Below are positions 48,804-57,827 of a stretch of 64,000 nucleotides of DNA, piece after piece. The DNA comes from Cyanophyceae cyanobacterium (GTDB lineage Bacteria > Cyanobacteriota > Cyanobacteriia > Cyanobacteriales > JBHJGN01): positions 64,001 through 128,000 of the forward strand of contig JBHJGN010000011.1 in assembly GCA_050331735.1 (NCBI GenBank). Direction: 5' to 3'. The notes under the pieces are model-generated. The model worked only from the letters and a program-made list of their open reading frames with translations, did no database searches and had not been told where the DNA came from. Both the position numbers and the translations under genes were made by a program. The stretch's first letter is position 1. Every line of letters starts with the position of its first letter.

Positions 48804-49140
48804 TCTAGTCCTTAGTGAATCAGCAGAGTAAGGAGGGAGTCGGTCTCATCAAATCTAGACGAGGACTGAAGCGGCATTAGTTCCTCGGTCCTGATGAGGA
48901 AAGTAAGGAGTGCCCAGAGTGTCTTCTGCAAAGAGACTGCGCTATCGGACAAGAAACAATTTCAGCTCTTTATTCATCGTCCTTTACCCGGACTGCTTGC
49001 TCTGTCCTTCTTCCTTAAAGTTAATAATGATAAAACCCCAGACGAGAGTGCCTGGGGAGTGCAGTTCCTCGAACAGTAAACCTGTGGTTTAACGCTCAAT
49101 ACTTTATCGTAAAGAACACTGGTAAAGAACTCGATAAATT

Positions 49141-49776
49141 CTACTTAGTACCAAACATGCGATCGCCCGCATCCCCTAGCCCCGGGATAATATAGCAGTG
49201 CTCGTCCAGCCTTTCATCAACGGCGGCGGTATAAATCGGAACATCGGGATGTTCGTCCTGGAAGTGAGCAAGGCCCTCGGGAGCCGCCAGCAGGCACACA
49301 AATTTAATGGAGCGCGGGTGAGTCTCCTTGAGGCGATGAACCGCCGCCACCGCCGAGTTTCCAGTCGCCAGCATGGGATCGACCACCAACATTTCTCGCT
49401 CTTCGATATCAGGAGGAACTTTAAAGTAATACTCCACCGCCACCAGGGTTTTCGGGTCGCGATACAGCCCAATATGGCCTACCCGCGCCGACGGAATGAG
49501 CTGCAACATGCCGTCTAAGATGCCCTGACCGGCTCGCATAATCGAAATCAGCACGAGCTTTTTTCCGGAGAGTACCGGAGCCTGCATCGGAGCCAGTGGG
49601 GTTTCAATCGGGACATACTTCAGGGGGATATCCCGCGTTACCTCGTAAGCCAGCAGCATACTGATTTCCTGAAGCAGAGCGCGGAACTTCGCCGTACTTG
49701 TTTCCTGCTTACGCATAATCGTCAGCTTGTGCTGAATCAGGGGGTGATCGATGACGGTTAGATTAGCTCCCATCAT
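49141..49776 (-). CDS. upp: Uracil phosphoribosyltransferase
   Basis: [45 protein letters not shown]. Confidence 0.97.
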   Translation of the reverse strand: MMGANLTVIDHPLIQHKLTIMRKQETSTAKFRALLQEISMLLAYEVTRDIPLKYVPIETPLAPMQAPVLSGKKLVLISIMRAGQGILDGMLQLIPSARVGHIGLYRDPKTLVAVEYYFKVPPDIEEREMLVVDPMLATGNSAVAAVHRLKETHPRSIKFVCLLAAPEGLAHFQDEHPDVPIYTAAVDERLDEHCYIIPGLGDAGDRMFGTK

Positions 49777-49782
49777 TTATCC

Positions 49783-51000
49783 TTAAAAAACAGTCCCGTC
49801 GCTGTCGAGCAAAATGGGCGGGGGGCCTCCCGGTCTTAATTCCCGAGCAATGCGCCGTCCGGCACTCCAGGTTCCGCCTTCCAAAACCTTCATCAGGGGC
49901 AGCTCAGTGCTGCTGACGTTCAGCTTTTGCCGCATCCGTTCTGCTATCAGGTCGAGACAGACAAGGGTTAGAGCCCGCCATTCCACAATGACCTCAGAAC
50001 TAGGAAGATGAGCCTGACCCAGAATCTCGGCATGCTTAGGCTGTAACAAACCGAGATCAACACAGAGTCCGCCGTTGCGGTATTCCGCTAACCCTGTTAA
50101 GCCATCTAGCTCACCGATGGTTAAGCCCGCCTCGGTCAAGGGTTCTACTAAAGAGTAGGTAAGCCACTGAGACAGCTTGTGAAACGGGACAAACTCGGCA
50201 TATGGCTCTCCTGCTAAGGCGGAATGAGTCCAGACATCGCCAAGATTAACGCCGTCGGTTTCCAGTCGTCCCGGCCAAATTGAGCCAAAGCTCTTGAGTA
50301 CCTCGGTTAGCAGAGCCGCCGCTTTCAGGTGGCTGCCGTAGTGGTGCTGAAAATAGTCAATCAGGTTTCCTGGACGAGCCGGATAACCAAATCGCTCTGG
50401 CTGCGCGGCTAGGGCTTGACCGAGCTGTTGCAGCAGCTTGAGTCGTCCCGAGATGCCGACTAACGGATTTGTGGGGCTGATCTGAAGTCCGGCCTGGAGC
50501 TGAGCCTCACTCAAGTGCTGTAAGCCTGGAGCATCGACCTGATGGGGCTGCTGAGGAGTGCCCGAGAAAGCGCCCTGACAAAACATCTGGTAGCTCGCAA
50601 CGGCTAACCCTTCAGACCGAGCAAAGGTTTGACCCGAAGCGGCCTCGCTATAGCGCCAGTCAGGCCCCGCGCCAGCATCGAGCAACACGCTGACCACGGC
50701 CAGATCAACTTTCGCTTTAGCGGCCACGCGGGCTGAGCTTAACGCCTCGTCAAGCTGCTGCTGGCGGGGAACGCCCCCAACGTCAAAGTGTCGCCAGCGG
50801 CTGTGGAAAGGTACATTCCCGTTCGGGTACTGCTCCTGCATCGTCGCAATTACGTAGTCAGCTACGCGGTCGAGCTGAGAGGGATCGTAGCGGAAATGGG
50901 CAAGCTGCTCCCGACAGCAGCGGTCGAAAAGCTGCTGAGTGCGATCGCGAACGGCCTGGGGGCTGAGGAGGTAGTCGAGGGCAGAGGCTGTCACCGTCAT
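49783..51000 (-). CDS. URC4/urg3 (DUF1688) family protein
   Basis: PFHSRWRHF, VSVLLDAGAG, RSEGLAVAS, PFHKLSQWLTYSL, TGLAEYRNGGL, VEWRALT, GGTWSAGR, SDGTVF. Confidence 0.9.
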   Translation of the reverse strand: MTVTASALDYLLSPQAVRDRTQQLFDRCCREQLAHFRYDPSQLDRVADYVIATMQEQYPNGNVPFHSRWRHFDVGGVPRQQQLDEALSSARVAAKAKVDLAVVSVLLDAGAGPDWRYSEAASGQTFARSEGLAVASYQMFCQGAFSGTPQQPHQVDAPGLQHLSEAQLQAGLQISPTNPLVGISGRLKLLQQLGQALAAQPERFGYPARPGNLIDYFQHHYGSHLKAAALLTEVLKSFGSIWPGRLETDGVNLGDVWTHSALAGEPYAEFVPFHKLSQWLTYSLVEPLTEAGLTIGELDGLTGLAEYRNGGLCVDLGLLQPKHAEILGQAHLPSSEVIVEWRALTLVCLDLIAERMRQKLNVSSTELPLMKVLEGGTWSAGRRIARELRPGGPPPILLDSDGTVF

Positions 51001-52263
51001 CTAATCTGCCAACTCCCGACCGCGAATCTGAGCCAGTTCTTCCTCACTCAGAACCGTATCTTCTGAGTAATACCCGGCGGCCTTTTTAGCGTTGATTTCC
51101 ACCTGGGCATCGGGGGGAATCAGGTCTTCAGGAATGGTAATCCGTTCGCCAATTTCGATCCCCGACTTCACAATCGCATCATACTTAAGGTTGCTCATCG
51201 ACACAAACTGGTCGATGCGCGTGATGCCCAGCCAGTGCAGGACGTCCGGCATCAGTTCCTGAAAGCGCACGTCCTGTACGCCCGCGACGCACTCGGTGCG
51301 GGCAAAATAGGCATCCGCGCGATCGCCCCCGGCCTGACGCTTGCGCGCGTTATATACTAGGAATTTGGTCACTTCTCCCAGCGCCCGTCCTTCTTTACGG
51401 GAGTAGATAATCACGCCAGCCCCACCCGCCTGGGCCTGGGCCACCGCCATTTCTACGCCGTGAACCAGGTAGGGGCGACAGGTACAGATATCAGAGCCAA
51501 ACACGTCAGAGCCGTTACATTCATCGTGAACTCTAACAGACAGGGGCCGCTGGGAATCGGCGATCGCAGCAAGGTCGCCCACTAAATAGACGGTCAAACC
51601 GCCAATCGGAGGCAGAAAGACCTCAAGATCGGAACGGGTGACTAGTTCTGGGTACATCCCTCCCGTCTGCTCAAAGAGGGTGTGGCGTAGCGACCCCTCA
51701 TCCACTCCAAAGCGCTGCGCGATCCCCGGGAGATGCCACACCGGTTCAATGGCCGCTTTGGTCACGACTAAATCCCCTCCTGCTCTTAAAATCGTGCCGT
51801 CGATCTCTAAGCGGCCCTGACGCACCGCTTCCTGAAGCTCTGGCATGTTGATGTGGGCTTTGGTAATAGCGATGGTCGGTCGGATATCGTATCCTTGTTC
51901 GATTAAATCTGCATAAATTTCGCTGACCAAGGCTCCAAACGGGTCGAGAGAGACAATCCTATGGGCATCGCCCCAGCTTGGATGGGGACCGATGGCGTGA
52001 GTGGGGTCTGTGTGGGTAAAGTCCGGTCGATGATCGGCCTGAAGCGAGCCGTTCGCGATCGCCAACGCTCGATACACAGCATAGGCCCCAGAATGAGTGC
52101 CGACAACATTGCGATGGGCCGGATTAGCGAGCGTAGCAATAATCGGACCGCGCTGAACGGGATCGGAATGACCCCACTGAATGGGCACGCTATTGGTGCC
52201 AATGCGACCGGGATGGGAGGTCAGGATAATCGGCTTGCGATGCTTTCGAGGCTGGGTTGGCAT
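51001..52263 (-). CDS. URC1-type GTP cyclohydrolase II-like protein
   Basis: N-terminal extension (GTHSGAYAVYRAL, RPTIAITKAH), RVHDECNGSDVFGSDICTCR, RKEGRALGEVTK. Confidence 0.9.
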   Translation of the reverse strand: MPTQPRKHRKPIILTSHPGRIGTNSVPIQWGHSDPVQRGPIIATLANPAHRNVVGTHSGAYAVYRALAIANGSLQADHRPDFTHTDPTHAIGPHPSWGDAHRIVSLDPFGALVSEIYADLIEQGYDIRPTIAITKAHINMPELQEAVRQGRLEIDGTILRAGGDLVVTKAAIEPVWHLPGIAQRFGVDEGSLRHTLFEQTGGMYPELVTRSDLEVFLPPIGGLTVYLVGDLAAIADSQRPLSVRVHDECNGSDVFGSDICTCRPYLVHGVEMAVAQAQAGGAGVIIYSRKEGRALGEVTKFLVYNARKRQAGGDRADAYFARTECVAGVQDVRFQELMPDVLHWLGITRIDQFVSMSNLKYDAIVKSGIEIGERITIPEDLIPPDAQVEINAKKAAGYYSEDTVLSEEELAQIRGRELAD

Positions 52264-52392
52264 GGTGACGAGGAGTTCTAGAAACTAGAAAAAATCATTC
52301 TAGCTCGTTTAGTTCAGCGTTCGCTGTAACCCAGCAAGCATTCTTCTTCTGCTTTGCTCAGCTCTAAGCGGGCGAGGGAAGCGCTGTAGCTT

Positions 52393-52447
52393 AGGGGAAA
52401 GGGGAAGGGGCAAAGGAATTAATTTAATTCCTTTTTCTCTTACCTTT
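52393..52447. repeat. Purine-heptamer / palindrome / pyrimidine element, possible terminator for the AEC gene
   Basis: GGGGAAAGGGGAAGGGG followed by AAAGGAATTAATTTAATTCCTTT. Confidence 0.5.
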
Positions 52448-52465
52448 GAAAAACTGGCCTTGCGG

Positions 52466-53353
52466 TTAACTAATCACCCACAGTACTAGCGGCAGCGTGA
52501 TGAAGCTAACCAGCGTTGAGCAAACGATGGTTCTCGAGACGCGCGGAGCATCGCCACCAAATTCTGTGACCATGACGAAGGTGTTGACGGCAGTGGGCAT
52601 AGCGCTTTGGAGCACTAACACCTGGAGGTTAAGCGTTTCTAGCCCCATGAATCTACCCACAGCATAGGCGATCGCTGGTCCCCCCACTAAACGCAGCGCT
52701 GCCGCTAATCCTTCCTCTGTGCCGACGGCAAAGCGATCACGTCCGAGCTGCATGCCGAGCATGACCAACGACACGGGGATCGCGGCTTGACCCAGTTGGT
52801 CGATGCCTTGGTCGAGTCCAAAGGGGAGCTGACCCGGGAAGAGCCGCAGGCTAAAGCCAGCCAGCATGGCCCAGAGAAAAGGAAGTTTGAGCGTCATCGA
52901 AATTCCGTACCCCCACCCTTTCCCCTGAAGAAGTGCTGGACAAACAGCATACATCAACAGCGCTGAGGCCAGCAGATAAATGACGGCTCGTTCTAATCCA
53001 GCCTCCCCAAGAACAAAGGCCACAACCGGAAGACCGAGATTACCCGTATTCGGAAATATAGTCGTGACAATTAAGCTCTGACGAAACGCGGCTGGTCGCT
53101 GAAGCAGTGTGCCGACTCCCCAAGCCATGCCGTAAAGCACCGAGGCCGTGAGGGCATATCCTGCTAGCAAACTTGCTGCACTGCGGACGGATATTGTGGT
53201 TTGATACAGACTGCTGATAATCAGAGCGGGAGAAAGCACATAAACGATCAGTTGAGACAACGTTTGACGCTCTAAAGCAAGCGATCGCTGGGCAACAAAG
53301 CCAACTAAAATGATTAAGCCAACGGGAAGAATAGCGGGTAAAAAGGCGCTCAT
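52466..53353 (-). CDS. AEC (auxin efflux carrier) family transporter
   Basis: PALIISSL, FPNTGNLGLP, AAIPVSLVMLG, QSAMPTAVNT; about 10 TMs. Confidence 0.9.
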   Translation of the reverse strand: MSAFLPAILPVGLIILVGFVAQRSLALERQTLSQLIVYVLSPALIISSLYQTTISVRSAASLLAGYALTASVLYGMAWGVGTLLQRPAAFRQSLIVTTIFPNTGNLGLPVVAFVLGEAGLERAVIYLLASALLMYAVCPALLQGKGWGYGISMTLKLPFLWAMLAGFSLRLFPGQLPFGLDQGIDQLGQAAIPVSLVMLGMQLGRDRFAVGTEEGLAAALRLVGGPAIAYAVGRFMGLETLNLQVLVLQSAMPTAVNTFVMVTEFGGDAPRVSRTIVCSTLVSFITLPLVLWVIS

Positions 53354-53568
53354 GAATGAGATTTCTGACAGAAATCAGGGGAAAGGGTCAGGGGGAAAGG
53401 GGCAAGGGAACTTCGATAAACACTGAGCTATCAATAAATCACCCACTCACGAAAGCTTGGGAAAAGGGCATAGGAGCCAGGAATCACTTGCCATCAACGA
53501 TCAACTATTGACAATTCACAAAAATCTAGAATCTAAAAGTCCTTCACTCCGTTGAGAACCGCGTGAGC

Positions 53569-54441
53569 TCAATCGCTCGCGGCGACTCGAAAACCGATAT
53601 TGTATAAAGAAGCCTCTGCCTCAAATTTAGTCCGATATCCGCAGCGGCATTTGTGCGGTCCATCGTTCCACGAACCGCCCCGCAAGACTTTTCTAGAGCT
53701 GTCCTGATGGTTTTCCCAAGGAGCGGCCTTGGTTGGCGCCCCCCCATAAGAGCGATGCCAATCATCCGCACACCATTCTCTGACGTTACCGTGGAGATCG
53801 TAGAGCCCAAACCGATTGGCAACTCCAAAACCTCCGACAGGAGTTGTTTCCCGGCGGTCTTCGCCTAACGGTCCTTCTCCATAAGAGCCGGGACTGCATA
53901 TTTTGCCAAAATACTCCCAGTTCACTCCAGAATAATTAGCGAGTTCAGTGGTGATTGTTTCTCCAAAATGAAACGGAGTTTGGGTAGCCCCACGACAGGC
54001 ATACTCCCATTCGGCTTCACTGGGGAGTCGATACTCGCGTCCCGTCTGCTGAGACAGCCGAGCGCAGAACTCGACCGCATCGTACCAGGAAACTTGTTCT
54101 ACAGGTCGCTGTGCTCCTTGAAAGCTAGCGGGATTAGGGTTAAGAGAGCGCTCAATTTTTGGGTAGGCAGCTACGGCTTGCCACTGAGCCTGAGTTACCG
54201 GATACTTCCCGATGGCAAAGGAATAAACCGTCACCTCTCGCTGTGGACCTTGAGTTCTGTGCCATCCTGCTTCACCGGTGGGAGAGCCCATGTTAAACAT
54301 GCCGCCTGCGATCGCGACGACTTCTAAAGTCACCTCTTTCGCGAGGTCTTCGAGGCGCTGATGGGCCGTTTCTTGAGTGCGCTTGATGGGTTGCCCTTGG
54401 GGATTAACGATGACGACATCGAACTTAAATGGTGACAGCAT
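53569..54441 (-). CDS. Formylglycine-generating enzyme (SUMF1/FGE-sulfatase) domain protein
   Basis: FNMGS, YPVTQAQW, PVEQVSWYDA, RLPSEAEWEYACR, GLYDLHGNVREW, RGGSW, GFRV. Confidence 0.92.
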   Translation of the reverse strand: MLSPFKFDVVIVNPQGQPIKRTQETAHQRLEDLAKEVTLEVVAIAGGMFNMGSPTGEAGWHRTQGPQREVTVYSFAIGKYPVTQAQWQAVAAYPKIERSLNPNPASFQGAQRPVEQVSWYDAVEFCARLSQQTGREYRLPSEAEWEYACRGATQTPFHFGETITTELANYSGVNWEYFGKICSPGSYGEGPLGEDRRETTPVGGFGVANRFGLYDLHGNVREWCADDWHRSYGGAPTKAAPWENHQDSSRKVLRGGSWNDGPHKCRCGYRTKFEAEASLYNIGFRVAASD

Positions 54442-54501
54442 CAGTTGGTCAGCAGTGCATTTTCACTGATCATACGCTGACTTTTAGCTCCAGAACGACA
54501 G

Positions 54502-54596
54502 GCAGAGAAGAGGCGATCTTGATTCTCTATTGATTGAGAGACTGCGGCAGCAGCTAGAAGCTTGCCCGCAGCAGTCTCTCGGTCAGGATGCTCTGC
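54502..54596. terminator. Long nested hairpin directly downstream of the ferrochelatase-like gene
   Basis: GATTGAGAGACTGC (54532-54545) pairs with GCAGTCTCTCGGTC (54571-54584), with an inner GGCA..AGCT/AGCTTGCC stem and an outer GCAGAG/CTCTGC pair. Confidence 0.55.
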
Positions 54597-55717
54597 TAGT
54601 GATGATGGTGATGGTGAGACGCGGTAGCGGATGCTAGCTGTGGATTGATGCTAACGCCTTCTTCAGACAGTAGAGACTCGATCGAAGCATCAGCCCAGTT
54701 AGCCGCCATTGTGAGAAATTCTGGGCGGTCGTTGACGCAGGGCATCTGCACAAACTGAACGTTCTTAGTCCGATGTTGCAGGTGATGAATGATATGCTCC
54801 ACATCGAGAAGGGTTTCGTGGTTTTCGGTCGCAAAACCAATCGGCATCATCACGATGGCTCTTGCCCCTAAATCAATCAAGTTTTTCGCCGCTAATTCGG
54901 CATTTGGCTGGGTCCATTCAATAAGCGGCGTATCGTGGTTGAGCCAGCCGACAGAAATGAGGGGATACTTGCTAATCAGCTTTTCCCGGACGCTCTCGTA
55001 GAGGGCTTGGCTTTCGTCGATCCCGGAGGTAAAGCCTTTGGCTTTATGCGGACAGCCGTGATTCATCAGCACAATCCCGATTTGAGAAGGCAGATGAGAC
55101 TGGGCTAACTCCGCCGCAATTTTTTCCTCGACCATCTGCGCTAGCAAATCGATGTAGGCCGGTTCGTTATAGAACGAGGGAATGTAGCGCGTTCCCTTGA
55201 GCCAGTGTTCTTCGCCTTCTGCCAGTTTGGAGAGGGCCGCGTTGACCTGCTCAACGGCAATGCCGCTGGTGAAGATAGAATCGACCACTAAGAGCGGGTA
55301 AATCAGGAGCTTGTCGAAGCCTTGTGCTTTCACCTGTTCGAGCACCTGCTCGGGGAGAAAGGGAGCGCAGAAGTTGAACGCTTTGAAAACCTGAAGGCGA
55401 TCGCCCCATTTTTTCTGGAGCTCCTGCTCAATGCCGGCTCGCTGCGCTTCAAAAATCTGGTTGTGAGGAGAAATAAAGTTATTGTGCTGGTGACTCCACT
55501 CGTGGAAGTCAAACAGGGCCAGTAGCTTGGCCAGAGGCGGATAAATCCAACTTGGTACTGGCGCGAACTTCGCCGTCAGAAGATTTAACGCCTGCTCGTT
55601 GTAGTTGGCAAAATCTTTGTAGCTTTCTACTTCACCATAGCCCATCAGTAAGACCGCGACGCGATCTTTGCTGTTTACTGCTCTGTCGCTTGTCTGTTTT
55701 TCTGGTGTTGCAACCAC
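54596..55717 (-). CDS. Ferrochelatase-family protein (paralogue without CAB domain) with a natural His6 tail
   Basis: VAVLLMGYG, ISPHN, PFLPEQV, NHGCP, WTQP, PIGFATENHETLLD, PCVND; ends HHHHHH. Confidence 0.82.
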   Translation of the reverse strand: MVATPEKQTSDRAVNSKDRVAVLLMGYGEVESYKDFANYNEQALNLLTAKFAPVPSWIYPPLAKLLALFDFHEWSHQHNNFISPHNQIFEAQRAGIEQELQKKWGDRLQVFKAFNFCAPFLPEQVLEQVKAQGFDKLLIYPLLVVDSIFTSGIAVEQVNAALSKLAEGEEHWLKGTRYIPSFYNEPAYIDLLAQMVEEKIAAELAQSHLPSQIGIVLMNHGCPHKAKGFTSGIDESQALYESVREKLISKYPLISVGWLNHDTPLIEWTQPNAELAAKNLIDLGARAIVMMPIGFATENHETLLDVEHIIHHLQHRTKNVQFVQMPCVNDRPEFLTMAANWADASIESLLSEEGVSINPQLASATASHHHHHH

Positions 55718-55877
55718 GGAATACTCCTAAGCTTGTCAAAAATTTTAGTGAGGTACTTCAGGGTAAAACCTTAAAGACTGATGCACCATTCCTTAGACTA
55801 GCATCCCCACCCAGGGGATCGCGCGAAAGTGGTCATAATCTTCGGATGATTTTTATAATTGGTCGTTCCTCTCTATT

Positions 55878-57284
55878 TTGCCGATTGTGTTTTTAACCCG
55901 TTGCTGTTTCGTCCTGACGACTTTAATCTTACTGAACGCCTGCCAAAAGAAACCTCAAGTTCAACGACCTCAGCCACTCCCGCAAGACCCTGCTATTCAG
56001 GTGTACTTCAACCACAATCAGGCGCAGGGAGCCGACTATACAGAACCCTATCGGCAAACCCAACGTGCAGGAGACGATTTAGAGGATGTAATTGTCGAAG
56101 CGGTCGCCTCTGCTCAGGCTACCGTTGATGTCGCTGTGCAAGAGTTTAACCTTCCAAGAATTGCTCAAGTACTGGCAGAACGCCACCGAGCAGGCGTTCA
56201 AGTCAGAGTAATTCTAGAAAACAACTACAGTCGCCCCTGGAGCGAGCTGAGTTCGTCTGAAGTCGGGCAACTAGATTCTAGAAACCGCGGACGCTACAGC
56301 GAGTTTTTGGCTTTGGTAGATAGTAACCAGGATGGACAGCTCAGCGCTCAAGAAATCGCTCAAGGAGATGCTTTAGTGATGCTCCGCAACGTTGGCATCC
56401 CTGTCATAGACGACACAGCAGATGGTTCCAAAGGCAGCGGCTTGATGCACCATAAATTTGCTATCATCGATGGAGCCACCGTCCTCACTGGCTCTAACAA
56501 CTGGACCATCAGTGGCACCCACGGTGATTTCAGCGCCCCTGACAGTCGCGGAAATGCCAACAATCTCTTGAAAATCGACAGTTCTCGTCTTGCTAGCCTC
56601 TTTCAAGAAGAGTTTAATGTGATGTGGGGAGATGGTCCTGGAGGTCAAACGGATAGCAAGTTTGGAGTCAAGAAACCGCTGAGAGCACTACGAACTATTC
56701 CGGTCGGAACATCGAGTGTTACAGTCCAGTTTTCGCCTTCTTCTGCTAGTCAACCCTGGACTGCTACTAGCAACGGCTTGATTGGTCAAACCCTACAAAA
56801 CGCGACTAATTCTATTCGTTTAGCGCTATTCGTGTTCTCAGAGCAGAAGCTCGCCGATATTCTCGAAACCGAGCATCAGCAAGGCGTAGACATTAAAGCG
56901 CTTATCGATCCTGGCTTTGCCTTTCGCTCCTACAGTGAAGGACTCGATCTGTTGGGAGTCGCCCTCAGTAACAAATGCCAGTACGAAAAAGCCAATCGTC
57001 CCTGGCAGAATGCGATCGCTACTGTCGGTGTTCCCCAACTTCCCCAAGGAGATAAACTGCATCACAAGTACGGAGTGGTCGATGAGCACATCGTCATTAC
57101 CGGTTCTCACAACTGGTCTGCCGCCGCCAACAACACGAACGACGAAACGGTATTAGTTATTCAAAGTCCTACCGTCGCAGCTCATTTTGTGCGGGAGTTC
57201 GAGCGCCTCTACAGCCAAGCCGTGCTAGGAGTCCCGGTTTGGGTTCAGAAAAAGATGGAGGCAGAACAGCAACAATGTCCTTAG
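55878..57284 (+). CDS. Phospholipase D / nuclease family lipoprotein (two HKD motifs; ComA-like without HhH tail)
   Basis: Lipobox LLNAC, MHHKFAIIDG..LTGSNNW, LHHKYGVVDE..ITGSHNW...NDE. Confidence 0.88.
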   Translation: MPIVFLTRCCFVLTTLILLNACQKKPQVQRPQPLPQDPAIQVYFNHNQAQGADYTEPYRQTQRAGDDLEDVIVEAVASAQATVDVAVQEFNLPRIAQVLAERHRAGVQVRVILENNYSRPWSELSSSEVGQLDSRNRGRYSEFLALVDSNQDGQLSAQEIAQGDALVMLRNVGIPVIDDTADGSKGSGLMHHKFAIIDGATVLTGSNNWTISGTHGDFSAPDSRGNANNLLKIDSSRLASLFQEEFNVMWGDGPGGQTDSKFGVKKPLRALRTIPVGTSSVTVQFSPSSASQPWTATSNGLIGQTLQNATNSIRLALFVFSEQKLADILETEHQQGVDIKALIDPGFAFRSYSEGLDLLGVALSNKCQYEKANRPWQNAIATVGVPQLPQGDKLHHKYGVVDEHIVITGSHNWSAAANNTNDETVLVIQSPTVAAHFVREFERLYSQAVLGVPVWVQKKMEAEQQQCP

Positions 57285-57567
57285 TTCGGTTTAAGCCAAA
57301 ATGGGGAGTTAAATAAAAGAAGCCGCGATCGTCATCTGCTTTTACAAGAGGACGGAAAAGAACGAGAGTTGATTGTTGCTTAGTCCCTGACAAATTAGCT
57401 AGCTTCGGTGCGGTCGAGGTTCAGCACCCAGGGTTGAGAAACGTTAATGTCTGGTGAGCTTGGTCGTTATGCGGAAGGTTTTAGGGGAGGCGATGTGCAG
57501 AAGTTGTCTGTAAGGCGATGAGTAACCGAGCGTTAAGCTAACAAAGTGATTGCAGAGGGGAGGATCA

Positions 57568-57750
57568 ATGATTTATATGGTCATTGAGTATTTCAATGCA
57601 GGCGCAGCGGTTGACATTTATCGTCGTGCCCGTGATCGCGGTCGTCAACTACCACCAGGTCTTGAGTATGTGGACAGTTGGGTAGATTTAAACTATTTCC
57701 GGTGCTTCCAACTTATGCGAACGAATGACCGAGCCTTATTTGATGTTTAG
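57568..57750 (+). pseudogene. Probably truncated DUF3303-like small protein
   Basis: MIYMVIEYF...IYRRARDRGRQLPPGLEYVDSWV...RCFQLM. It ends in TAG TAA where I recall homologues continuing with W and ~25 more aa. GGAGG RBS present. Confidence 0.5.
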
Positions 57751-57827
57751 TAAGCGGTTACCGATTGCTGATTGCTAGTGCTTAATGAGCGATCGCTGGC
57801 CAAACCAACGTGGTAACTGATAACTGC

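Noticed and set aside
48891..48960. Hammerhead ribozyme (CTGATGAG ... GAAAC)
   Set aside because: No stem II closes onto C-GAAA and stems I and III cannot be formed.
51001..52263. Riboflavin ribA
   Set aside because: The long N-terminal extension and linkage to DUF1688 and upp indicate the URC1 clade.
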